This document shows, piece after piece, positions 49,235 to 59,309 of a stretch of DNA of 64,000 bases. Source of the DNA: Thermoplasmata archaeon (GTDB lineage Archaea; Thermoplasmatota; Thermoplasmata; RBG-16-68-12); the NCBI GenBank assembly GCA_035636595.1, contig DASPYU010000009.1:31705-95704 (forward strand). Reading direction: 5' to 3'. The notes below the pieces were generated by a model. The model ran no database searches. It was not told the origin of the DNA and was given only the letters and a program-made list of their open reading frames with translations. Position numbers and translations under genes: made by a program. Numbering within the stretch: the first letter of the stretch is position 1; each line of letters starts with the position of its first letter.

Positions 49235-49305
49235 GTCGACGGGCTGTCTCAACCGCGATAACGGCGGCGCAGTGTTGATATTTCCCGCAGACGAGTCTTC
49301 GTCGC

Positions 49306-49872
49306 TTGGAGCTAACGGGCGTTCTCAAGGCCAAGATCTGCATGATCGGCGAGGCCGCCGTCGGCAAGACTTCGCTGATCCGGCGGTACGTCGAGGACGC
49401 GTTCGAGGATCGGTACATCTCGACGCTCGGAAGCAAGGTCAGCCTCAAACGGATCTGGCTCACGCCGAAGAGCGATCCGGGCAAGCAACTCGAGGTCCAG
49501 CTTTCGATCTGGGACCTCATCGGAGAGCGTTCGTACCTGGAGTCGCTTCACCAGGAATACCTGCGCGGCTCGCAAGGCATCATCGCCGTGTGCGATGTGA
49601 CTCGCTACTCCTCGTTCGAGGCGCTGGATCAATGGATCCCGGCGGCCCTTCGCATATCGGGCGAAGTACCCATCGCGATCATCGTCAACAAGACGGACCT
49701 GAAAGACCAGGTCATGGTCCTCTACGACGAGAACGAGCCGCAGCAGAAGGCGGAGAAGTATGGCGGCTTCGCGGCGTGGACAAGCGCGAAGTCGGGTGAG
49801 AACGTGAATCCCGTCTTCGGCCGTCTTGTCCTCGGAATCGTGAGGCGGATCGCGACCGCTGACGCGGATTAG
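49306..49872 (+). CDS. Small Ras-superfamily GTPase (Rab/Ras-like)
   Basis: TTG start. G1 GEAAVGKTS, switch-I Thr (YISTLG), G3 WDLIGE (DxxG with Glu where Ras has Gln61), G4 NKTD, G5 SAK. Confidence 0.7.
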   Translation: MELTGVLKAKICMIGEAAVGKTSLIRRYVEDAFEDRYISTLGSKVSLKRIWLTPKSDPGKQLEVQLSIWDLIGERSYLESLHQEYLRGSQGIIAVCDVTRYSSFEALDQWIPAALRISGEVPIAIIVNKTDLKDQVMVLYDENEPQQKAEKYGGFAAWTSAKSGENVNPVFGRLVLGIVRRIATADAD

Positions 49873-49884
49873 GACCTCCGCCAC

Positions 49885-51342
49885 CTAACGCTCCGCCCGT
49901 CGACGGAGGAGCTCGCGGAGTTCCACCAACGGAAAGGCGAGGAATCGTCGGCTCTGGCGGTGCGCCCGGGCTGAGATGGCCTCGGCGGACAGGAACGCAG
50001 CCTTGAGGTCCTCGAGTTCTTTTCGCGGAGAGAAGAACGCATAGATAGGGATCCCGACCCCGAGCAGGACCACCGCGATCGCAATGACGGTCGGACTCAC
50101 CAGGGCCATGAGGACAATCGAAAACGCCGCGCCTGCGAGGGGGATGGCGCGCTTGAACCGGAGTTCTCCGGAGAGCCGCGGGTGCTTTCGTTCCAGAAGG
50201 ATCGTCGAGATGCAGGTGGCGAAGTACGCGAAACCCAGTAGGAACACCGCGCTGCTGATGAGGTCTGTCAGCCCGCCGAGCAGGCTGGCGACATACGCGG
50301 CCACGCACAGGATCACGAGTCCGAGGAACGGCGTCTTGAACGTCTTGTGCTTCCGACTGAACACCGCCGGGAGGAGACCGTCGGTCGACATCGCATAGGC
50401 GAGCCGCGAGGTCCCAACGGTCCCGGACTCGTCCGCGCCGGTGATCGAGAGCAGGGCCCCGACCCCCACGATCAGGACAATTGCGCTCGTCAAGGCGGCC
50501 GGGGCGCTGAACATCGCTCGCGCCGCATCAATCAACGGACTGCTGGAGGAGGACAACGCCGGTCCGCCGACGGACCCGACGACGACGAAGTTCGTGAGGA
50601 AGTAGAACCCGATCACGATCATCATGCCCGTGACGATCGCCTTGGGGATCGTCTTCCGCGGCGTGACGATCTCGTCCGTGGGGAGAGTCGATAGCTCGAA
50701 CCCCGCATAAGCCCAGAAGATGAGCACGAGCGCGCGGCCGAACGCAGAGGCATCTCCGGTGAAGAACGGGACGAGGTTCGCCTGGAAGTCGCCCGGCCGC
50801 CAGACGATGAATGCGATGCCGCCGAGGATGATCAGCACCAGCGGACTCAACTTCGCAACGGTTAGCGCGTCGTTCACGCGGCCGGCGACCTTGACGCCGA
50901 CGATGTTCGTGCCCAAGATGATCGCGATGAACACGGCCTTCAGGATCGCCTGGCCGAGCGCGTCAACCCCTGGGACCAGCGAGACGAAGTACTGCGTGAA
51001 CGCGACGGGGAACACCGCGAGCGAGAACCACTCCGCTAGAAGGAGGCCCCAGCCCACGATGAATCCGGCGAAAGGCCCGACCGCCTCCTTGACGTATGCG
51101 TACGGCCCGCCGACTTTCGGCAGGATCATGACGCAATAGGCGAAGGTGAGTGCGATCACCATCGCGATCACGCCCGCGAGGACCCAGACCAGAAGAGATG
51201 CGGGGCCGATGAGTCGTGCGCCGATCGCCGTCGCGACGTAGACGTCCGCGCCGATGATCGACCCGACGACCAGACTCGTCACGTCGAAGGAATCGAGCTT
51301 GCCCTTCGATCCGGTCGTCCGTTGCTCGCCGCCGCGCGCCAC
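49885..51342 (-). CDS. Amino acid permease (APC superfamily)
   Basis: 485 aa with 12 TM helices and APC-family N-terminal motifs. Confidence 0.8.
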   Translation of the reverse strand: MARGGEQRTTGSKGKLDSFDVTSLVVGSIIGADVYVATAIGARLIGPASLLVWVLAGVIAMVIALTFAYCVMILPKVGGPYAYVKEAVGPFAGFIVGWGLLLAEWFSLAVFPVAFTQYFVSLVPGVDALGQAILKAVFIAIILGTNIVGVKVAGRVNDALTVAKLSPLVLIILGGIAFIVWRPGDFQANLVPFFTGDASAFGRALVLIFWAYAGFELSTLPTDEIVTPRKTIPKAIVTGMMIVIGFYFLTNFVVVGSVGGPALSSSSSPLIDAARAMFSAPAALTSAIVLIVGVGALLSITGADESGTVGTSRLAYAMSTDGLLPAVFSRKHKTFKTPFLGLVILCVAAYVASLLGGLTDLISSAVFLLGFAYFATCISTILLERKHPRLSGELRFKRAIPLAGAAFSIVLMALVSPTVIAIAVVLLGVGIPIYAFFSPRKELEDLKAAFLSAEAISARAHRQSRRFLAFPLVELRELLRRRAER

Positions 51343-51399
51343 GGCGGGCGAAGGAACCGAGGGATTAAAGGAGTGGCTTTGCCGGCGGGCCGGCGAAGG

Positions 51400-52520
51400 T
51401 CACTCCCAACGGAACAGCTTGGTCGCGAGACCGAAGGTGACCGCGGCGAACGCCGCGAGGACACCGAGATCCACCGCGATGTCGGCGAGTCCCGCTCCGC
51501 GGATCATGACCGCGCGGAGGGCGTCGGAAAAGTACGTGAGCGGCATCATGTACGCGAGGATCTGGACCGCCTGCGGCAGTCGTTCGATCGGGATGAAGAC
51601 GCCGCCGAGGAAGAACATCGGGAACGTCACCAGGCCCGTGAGGTTTTCCGCGCTGTCGGCGCTCCGTGAGACCGAGGAGACGAAGAACCCGAGGGAGATG
51701 AAGACGAGCGCGCCGAACAACGCGGCGACGATCAAGGTGAGGAAGTTGCCGACGATGTGCACGCCGAACGCGAACACCGCCAGGGCCAACAACAGTCCCG
51801 TCTGCACCAAGCTGATGAGCAGGGCGGGCACGATTCGACCGGCGAGAATGTACGCGGCGCCCGCAGGCGTGGCGTGGAGCCGCTTCAGGATTCGCTTCTC
51901 GCGGGACGACACGATGAACAGGGCCAGCCCATACACCCCGCTCTGCATGATCGCCATGGCGACGATGCCGGGCGCGAGGAAGTCGATGTAATCGAGGGAC
52001 TGCGCGGTGACCGCTTCCGGGGCCACGGCCAGCGTCGTCGATCGGTTCGTCGCGGTGCGGAAGAATGCGTCCGAGACCTCGCGCACCGTCTGCAGTGCGA
52101 CCTGGCCTGAACCCTGCTCGTCGATGCCCCAATAGGCGAGGAGGGCGAGCGTCGCGTTCTTGTCTCCGGTCGGCGAGGTCTGGTTGTCCATGAACCCGCC
52201 GAAACCGCGCGGCACGATCACGAGGATGTCCAGGGTCCCGCCCTTGACCGCCGCGAGGCCCGCGTCCCGATCCGTGTAGTTCGCAAGCTGGAACGGAAGC
52301 GACTCGTTCGCGAACGTGGTCCACAGGGCCGTCGACCACGTGGTGCCGTCTTGATCCATCATTCCGACGTGGAACGAGACGGGGTCCGCGCGCCCGAAGC
52401 CCAAGCCGAGGAGACCCATGAAGATGACCGGGAACAGGATCGCCCAAACCAGGGTGGCGCGGTCCCGAAAGAACATCTTCAGGTTCGCCACGACCCACCG
52501 CGGGAAGCCGGTCGGCATCT

Positions 52521-52524
<4 letters not shown>
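51400..52524 (-). CDS. ABC-2 family transporter permease
   Basis: 374 aa: N-terminal TM, large extracytoplasmic loop, C-terminal 5-TM ABC-2 domain. Confidence 0.75.
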
Positions 52525-53432
<908 letters not shown>

Positions 53433-53589
53433 GGCGCCGTGCGAACTCGAACGTCCCGCATAAAGCTGTGGCGCGGTACGGGGCAATCCCCGATTGCTCG
53501 AGCGAAATGGTTTCGCCGACGCGGAACGAAAGAAGGAAGGGCGGAGACGCGGGACTCGCTTCGGGTCCGTCGGTCTCCGCGGTTGCGGA

Positions 53590-54012
53590 TCACTCGAATT
53601 CTCGTAGGTTGCGGCTGTCCTCGTCGAACACCTGGGCGAGGTTGGACAAAGCTCCCTTGCGGATCGTTTCGTCGTCCGCTCCAGCGGCCTTGTAGTCGCC
53701 GACGACGATGACCTTCGTCTTGTCCTTGCCCATCGGGATGTAGACGTGCGCTTGCTTCGTACCCTTCGTCGTTCCTTCGAGCACCTCGAGCTCGTGGCCG
53801 AACGGCGGATCCATCGTCATCCGCCAGATCTGCTCTTCCTTGCCGCCGCGCGGGCTCTTGGTCTCCACGCGCAGCTTCATCGTGTTGCCCTTCTGCTCGA
53901 GGACCTTCTGGCTGAGAATCGACTCGTGCACGTGATTCTCCGGGTCCTGGATGTATTTCCAGATTTTTTCCACTGGTTCGTTGAACACGCCATCGTCTTT
54001 GACGTAGACCAT
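53590..54012 (-). CDS. Hypothetical protein, possibly SRPBCC (START/Bet v1-like) fold
   Basis: 140-aa soluble protein. The family call is weak. Confidence 0.4.
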   Translation of the reverse strand: MVYVKDDGVFNEPVEKIWKYIQDPENHVHESILSQKVLEQKGNTMKLRVETKSPRGGKEEQIWRMTMDPPFGHELEVLEGTTKGTKQAHVYIPMGKDKTKVIVVGDYKAAGADDETIRKGALSNLAQVFDEDSRNLREFE

Positions 54013-54124
54013 CTCGTTTCCTCCGGATCGAACGACCGACCCAGCGGTCCTACCCCGCTCGGGTATTTCAAGGGCGTGCGAAACGGGTCAATCCCGGCCT
54101 TCATGAATGAACAGTTCGGTCGAA

Positions 54125-55006
54125 TCACGATCTCACTGGCATGGCCAAGGCGGATTTCGAAATCTCTGCGCGCACGAGGCCGTGGGCGAAGTCCGTCCCG
54201 ATGAACATCTCGCGATTCAGGGTGATGCGGAAGGACTCAACCCCCGGGAGTTTCCCGAGGGCGTGGGTCTTTGTCGTGACCTCACCGAGATTGCTCGCGC
54301 GGCAGAGGAGGTACTTCGCCGGCGGCTCCTGCGCCTCGTGCACGACAAACGCGTCTCCGAGAACGCCTCGCAACGCCGCCGAGGGAGCCGCGCCGAAGAC
54401 CGCGATGTGATAGACGAGTTCTCCGGCATCCGCGAGTGCGCCGAGGAGGGGCACGATCGAAACCGTCTCCGTCCGTAGCATCCGGTCGAGATGCTTTCGC
54501 ACCGTCTTTGGACTCAGGCCGGTTGAGGCCGCAAGATCCTCGATCGAGAGAACGGGTCCGTCGATTACCGCTTCGATAATCCGCCAGTCGAGTCGCGACA
54601 ACGGATCACGAGGGGTTCCGTGGGCGATCGCGTGGCCCGCGGGGGTCTGTCGCAACACCTTCGCCAGAGTGGCGAGGCTCTGATCCACGTTTCGGGACCA
54701 CGTTTCAATCGTGATCCCTCCGTCGAGCTTCCATGCGACCCACGCGACGTCCGGCGCGTCCAGGGCGGCGGCCTGGGCCTCCTCTCGGGACCAGTCCCCA
54801 TCGAAGAAGACGAGGAGATCTTCGCGGCCGAAGACGACCGGATCGATGGAAGTCCAGAATCCTTTGAGGATCCCGCGTCGCTCGAGCCGCCGCAGCCGAC
54901 CGCGGACGGCGGGTGCCGAGAGCGAGACCCCGCGGCCCAGGGATTGGAGACTCTGCCTCGAGTTCTCGTAGAGGGCGACCAGCAGCCGGAAGTCCTTCGA
55001 ATCCAC
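54125..55006 (-). CDS. Transcriptional regulator with two tandem Lrp/AsnC-type HTH domains
   Basis: DFRLLVALYENSRQSLQSLGRGVSLSAPAVRGRLRRLERRGIL and DWRIIEAVIDGPVLSIEDLAASTGLSPKTVRKHLDRM, both HTH_AsnC-like. Confidence 0.6.
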   Translation of the reverse strand: MDSKDFRLLVALYENSRQSLQSLGRGVSLSAPAVRGRLRRLERRGILKGFWTSIDPVVFGREDLLVFFDGDWSREEAQAAALDAPDVAWVAWKLDGGITIETWSRNVDQSLATLAKVLRQTPAGHAIAHGTPRDPLSRLDWRIIEAVIDGPVLSIEDLAASTGLSPKTVRKHLDRMLRTETVSIVPLLGALADAGELVYHIAVFGAAPSAALRGVLGDAFVVHEAQEPPAKYLLCRASNLGEVTTKTHALGKLPGVESFRITLNREMFIGTDFAHGLVRAEISKSALAMPVRS

Positions 55007-55135
55007 CTTTCGACCGGTCCGAAGTCAGCAGGGTCCGCGTATAAAGCTCCATCAATCACCGAGGGCTCCGCGAGCGTGGACGCCGACCGCCACACGGCGA
55101 CAAGCGATTTAGGCGCGACGCACAATCGCCGAGCG

Positions 55136-55387
55136 ATGCAAGGAAGGACCTGGAAGGCATCGGCTCCCGATGGGCCCGAGAAGGTCCGCGCGATGCTCGT
55201 GCGGAGAGGAGCGATCGAAGACCGGGACCTCAAGAATCCCCACGAGCTCTGGCGCGTCCGAATCGACAAGGTCGTGTTCACGGCCTACAAGACGGGATCC
55301 ATCTATTGCAACGGCGGGGTCCTTCCCGAACTCGCGTTCCTCTACAAATCAATCGAGCAGATCCTCGGGGCGACCGGGGTTTCGTAG
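55136..55387 (+). CDS. Hypothetical small protein
   Basis: 83-aa real part of track ORF 54620..55387. No recognisable family. Confidence 0.3.
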   Translation: MQGRTWKASAPDGPEKVRAMLVRRGAIEDRDLKNPHELWRVRIDKVVFTAYKTGSIYCNGGVLPELAFLYKSIEQILGATGVS

Positions 55388-55396
55388 ACGGATCGG

Positions 55397-56002
55397 TCAG
55401 ACCACTGGTTTCGTCGGGCTTCTGCGACCGAACGCGATCTCCCACAAGACCAGGATGGCGCCGGCGGCCGCGACGGGGACCCCGACCTCGAATAGGTCGA
55501 AGGCAAAGAAGATCGCCGAGAACACGATCAAGAAAATCCCGAACTGCGCTAGCCGCTCGTGCCTCCCGACTCGGAGGACATCCTTGACTTGGGTCCAGTA
55601 CCGAGTCATCAAAATCACCAGAATGACGCCCGCCATGGCGGCGACGAAGAAGTCGAGCGTCAGTCCCGAGTAGTAATCCTCGAACGTCAGGAGCAACCCT
55701 ACCTCGTCGCCGATGAACCCGGCCCCGACGCCGAACACGACCGCGTAGATGCGCTCGAGGTTAGGGTCGTCGTAGGCGATGCCCAACCACCCGGCAACGA
55801 TCACCATCGCCAATCCATACCAGAAATGATGGAAATGGATGCCGCTCTGCGTGATGATCATCAGGTTCGGGAAGGCGAGGTGGAATATCCGGGCCCCGAA
55901 GAATCCCGCGGTGAAGGCGATGCTGGCCAGGAACGACAGCCCATGCTTGTAGGGAGTTGTCCTCATCTCGGAGAACATGCCGCGGCAATGGCGCGGCCTC
56001 AA
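55397..56002 (-). CDS. Hypothetical membrane protein
   Basis: About 6 TM helices. The start may be the internal Met at ~55978. Confidence 0.45.
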   Translation of the reverse strand: MRPRHCRGMFSEMRTTPYKHGLSFLASIAFTAGFFGARIFHLAFPNLMIITQSGIHFHHFWYGLAMVIVAGWLGIAYDDPNLERIYAVVFGVGAGFIGDEVGLLLTFEDYYSGLTLDFFVAAMAGVILVILMTRYWTQVKDVLRVGRHERLAQFGIFLIVFSAIFFAFDLFEVGVPVAAAGAILVLWEIAFGRRSPTKPVV

Positions 56003-56093
56003 ATAAAGAGCGGCCGGCGTGCCGCCCGATTCGCGAAAAGAATATACCTAGAACCGGTTCCCCTCGCGATCAAGAATCTCCTGCGATGAAGGC

Positions 56094-57320
56094 ATGTTGA
56101 ACTCCGGAGATGTCGCGTGGGTCATCGCCGCCACGGCGCTAGTCATGATCATGACCCCAGCGCTCGGGTTCTTTTACGGGGGCCTGGTTCGGCGGAAAAA
56201 CCTCGTATCGACGATCTTCCAGTGTCTCGCGATCTTCGCCGTCGTCAGCCTCGTGTGGGCGCTCTGGGGATACAGCTTCGCGCTCGGACCCAGCGTACTC
56301 GGAGGATTCATCGGAGACTGGTCCAAGGTCGGCCTCAACAACGTCGGGGCCGCGCCGAACGACGGCTACTCGTCGACGATCCCGGAGCTCCTCTACTTCG
56401 CGTTCCAACTGAAATTCGCGGCGATCACCCCCGCGCTGATCATCGGCGCCTTCGCGGAACGAATCCGCTTCAAGTCCATGCTGATCTTCATGGTCCTCTG
56501 GACCACGTTCATCTACCTGCCCATCGCGCACTGGAACTGGGCCGTTGGCGGGTGGCTCCGTACGTTGGGCGTGATCGATTTCGCGGGTGGACTGGTCGTC
56601 CACACCGCCGCGGGAGTGTCTGCCCTATCGGCCGCCCTCGTGCTTGGACGACGCAAGGACGTCGCACCGAACACGGAGATCCGGCCGAACAACATTCCCT
56701 ACGTCATGCTCGGCGCGGCGTTCCTGTGGTTCGGCTGGTTCGGATTCAACGCAGGGAGCGCGCTCGCGGCGGATGCCGTGGCCGTCAACGCGCTCGTCGT
56801 GACGAACCTGGCCGCAGCCGGCGCGGGCGTGAGCTGGATGATGACCGACTGGATTCGTAAGGGCAAGCCGTCCGCGGTTGGACTGTCGGTCGGAGCGGTG
56901 TGCGGTCTCGTCGCGATCACGCCGGCATCGGGGTACGTCGGCCCGATGGCCTCCATCGTCATCGGGTTGGTCGCCGGTGTGCTCTGCAACCTCGTCGCCG
57001 GATGGAGGGCTCGGACGAGGCTGGACGACTCCCTCGACGTCTTCGCGTGTCACGGGGTCGGAGGCATCTGGGGGACGATCGCCACCGGGATGTTCGCCAC
57101 GACCCTCGTCAACCCGGCGGGTCGGGACGGGTTGTTCTTCGGGAATCCGGGTCAGGTTGTCTCGCAGGTCGTGGGCGTGATCGTGGTCGTCGCGTTCGCT
57201 TTCTTCGGATCGTACGCGCTGTTGCGAATCATCGATCGATTCAGTCCAATCCGGGTGAGCGAGGCGGACGAGGTTGCGGGCCTCGACATGACGCAGCATG
57301 GAGAAGAAGCATACACCTGA
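56094..57320 (+). CDS. amt: Ammonium transporter (Amt/MEP family)
   Basis: 408 aa with 11 TM helices and Amt signature regions (DFAGG.VVH, GWFGFN). Confidence 0.9.
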   Translation: MLNSGDVAWVIAATALVMIMTPALGFFYGGLVRRKNLVSTIFQCLAIFAVVSLVWALWGYSFALGPSVLGGFIGDWSKVGLNNVGAAPNDGYSSTIPELLYFAFQLKFAAITPALIIGAFAERIRFKSMLIFMVLWTTFIYLPIAHWNWAVGGWLRTLGVIDFAGGLVVHTAAGVSALSAALVLGRRKDVAPNTEIRPNNIPYVMLGAAFLWFGWFGFNAGSALAADAVAVNALVVTNLAAAGAGVSWMMTDWIRKGKPSAVGLSVGAVCGLVAITPASGYVGPMASIVIGLVAGVLCNLVAGWRARTRLDDSLDVFACHGVGGIWGTIATGMFATTLVNPAGRDGLFFGNPGQVVSQVVGVIVVVAFAFFGSYALLRIIDRFSPIRVSEADEVAGLDMTQHGEEAYT

Positions 57321-57341
57321 GTCCTTCGACGGATGATGGGA

Positions 57342-57414
57342 TGGGCTCGACCGGATTCGAACCGGTGACCTTCGCCATGTCAAGGCGATGTCATAGCCAC
57401 TAGACCACGAGCCC
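57342..57414 (-). tRNA. tRNA-Val (anticodon GAC)
   Basis: 73-nt cloverleaf on the minus strand: acceptor GGGCTCG/CGAGCCC, anticodon stem TCGCC/GGCGA with loop TTGACAT, T-arm ACCGG-TTCGAAT-CCGGT. CCA is not encoded. Confidence 0.85.
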
Positions 57415-57538
57415 GCGGCGCCGCCTAACCTCGCGGCCCGCTTAAGGCTTTCTCCGGCGTTGCTCGATGAACGCAGCGGCACCAAAAACCGTATGAGGCT
57501 TGATGACCTCGCACGGCCGATCACGAGGCTCTCAGGCC

Positions 57539-58636
57539 ATGACGTCGAGGGACAACTTCGAGTTCGCGCACCAGCACCGCAACGAGGTCGCATGGATGTC
57601 CCAGAACACGAACACGCTCCCCGTGCACCCACCGATCCTCGATGCGATCCGGACGAGCGTGGATGAGCAGGAGTTCCACCTGTATCCGCGGAGGGCCGGT
57701 GTCCTTGGCCTCTCCGAAGCCATCCAGGAGGATCTCGGCCTCGACGACGTCGACATGATCCTCACCAATGGCGGGATCGAGGGGGAATACATCGCGACCC
57801 GCGCGCTCCTGAAGGCCGGCGACGAGGTCCTGTCGACGGACCCAGCCTTCCTACCGATCCACGACCAGGTCGCCATGACGGGCGGCCGTGCCCTCGAGGT
57901 CGACATCTACCGCAAGCCGTACGTCCTCACGCCGGAACTCGCCGCCGAGGCGCTCACCCCGACAACGAAGATGCTCCTCGTGATCGATCCGAACAATCCT
58001 CTCGGATCCGGGTACGACCGGTCCCAAGTGAAAGGGCTCGCGGAGATCGCCCGGGACCACGGGCTCTGGCTCATCGACGACATTACCTACCGCGATTTCA
58101 GCGCGAACCACGTGCTCGCGACCGACTTCTATCCCGAGAAAACGCTCCTGTCCTACTCGTTCAGCAAGGCTCCCGGCCTCGCGGGGATGCGGATTGGCGC
58201 GATCCTAGGGCCTCCGGACACGATCAAGTCCCTCCGCAAGTACGATACGAATGTCCTTGGAGTGAACGTCCTCGCGCAGCGCGCGGCTCTCGCAGCCTTG
58301 CGGACGAAGAACGAGTGGCTGCCCGGAGTGCGGCGCATCTGCGAGAAGAATCAGGAAACGATCCGGCGCGCGGTCTCCAAGGTGGACGGGGCGACGCTCC
58401 CTGTATATCCCTCGAGAGCGAACATGTTTGTGATTGACCTCGCGCAGACTCGTGCGAACCCGGAGGTGGTCGAGGAACGTCTCCTCTTCAATCATCTGGT
58501 GCACACGCGAGCCGGTTCGTATCTTTCGAAGAAACATGGGCGTGAATTCCTCCGCGTTTCGTTCACCGTCTCCGAGGCGGACTGCACACGCTTCGCGACG
58601 GCATTCCCGGCTGTCATGGAGAAGCTCGCGGCGTGA
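57539..58636 (+). CDS. Class I/II PLP-dependent aminotransferase (aspartate/aromatic aminotransferase family)
   Basis: Internal ATG (MTSRDNFEF..). SFSKAPGLAGMRIG PLP-lysine motif and DPNNPLG. Confidence 0.8.
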   Translation: MTSRDNFEFAHQHRNEVAWMSQNTNTLPVHPPILDAIRTSVDEQEFHLYPRRAGVLGLSEAIQEDLGLDDVDMILTNGGIEGEYIATRALLKAGDEVLSTDPAFLPIHDQVAMTGGRALEVDIYRKPYVLTPELAAEALTPTTKMLLVIDPNNPLGSGYDRSQVKGLAEIARDHGLWLIDDITYRDFSANHVLATDFYPEKTLLSYSFSKAPGLAGMRIGAILGPPDTIKSLRKYDTNVLGVNVLAQRAALAALRTKNEWLPGVRRICEKNQETIRRAVSKVDGATLPVYPSRANMFVIDLAQTRANPEVVEERLLFNHLVHTRAGSYLSKKHGREFLRVSFTVSEADCTRFATAFPAVMEKLAA

Positions 58637-58680
58637 CGCGACAGGCTCATAGCCGATGACGTCACTCCCGGAACGGGACC

Positions 58681-58887
58681 ATGGGATTCCTCCAGGAGCT
58701 CGCAGGCCGCGTCGAGGAGGTTGCCGAAGCCGGTGGCAAGTTTGCGGACGCCTTCGTGCGCACCGCAGGCGCGACGCTCTCCGGTGCCCTCGTTTTCGTG
58801 GACCGGGAACTCGGCTACGCCCAGCGGGCGGCGAAGAAGGCGACGGCCGGGAAACGGGAAGATCGCAAGGAGCGCGCGCCCAAGTAA
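58681..58887 (+). CDS. Hypothetical small protein
   Basis: 68-aa ORF in a lower-GC intergenic stretch, A/K-rich. It may not be coding. Confidence 0.2.
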   Translation: MGFLQELAGRVEEVAEAGGKFADAFVRTAGATLSGALVFVDRELGYAQRAAKKATAGKREDRKERAPK

Positions 58888-58944
58888 CGGTTCGTCTGGG
58901 TCACGCTGTTCCTTCGGATCGAGTCGGGCCTCGGCGGGTCCGCC

Positions 58945-59157
58945 CTACGGACCGGTCTCCGGCATCTCCGGCTCGCTCAGCGCCACCATCGCGGGCTCCC
59001 TACGCCGGGCTGCCCGCTTCTTTGGCTTCGAGACCTTGATTTTTTCCTGCGGGGGACGCCGAAGATGCGCCTCCGCCTTCATGATGTCCTCGAATTCCGC
59101 ATCGCACGTGCATTTGTAAACGGTTTTTTGTTCGACGTAGATGCTATGTCCTTTCAC
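58945..59157 (-). CDS. Hypothetical small basic protein with a C-x-C..H motif
   Basis: 70 aa, K/R-rich (..YKCTCDAEFEDIMKAEAHLRR..KIKVSKPKKRAARRR..), in an AT-richer region. Uncertain. Confidence 0.3.
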   Translation of the reverse strand: MKGHSIYVEQKTVYKCTCDAEFEDIMKAEAHLRRPPQEKIKVSKPKKRAARRREPAMVALSEPEMPETGP

Positions 59158-59309
59158 CGCACGTCACCGGAATTCGCAACCTACCTGTCCCCCACTTATA
59201 GTATTGCGAGAGGGTATCGCGTTTGGAAAAAAGGGATATCCAGAGTCCACTCGCGAAAGCTACTTAGCAGGCCGCGGCGCTAACGATTCACCGCCACGGG
59301 GAGGATTCG

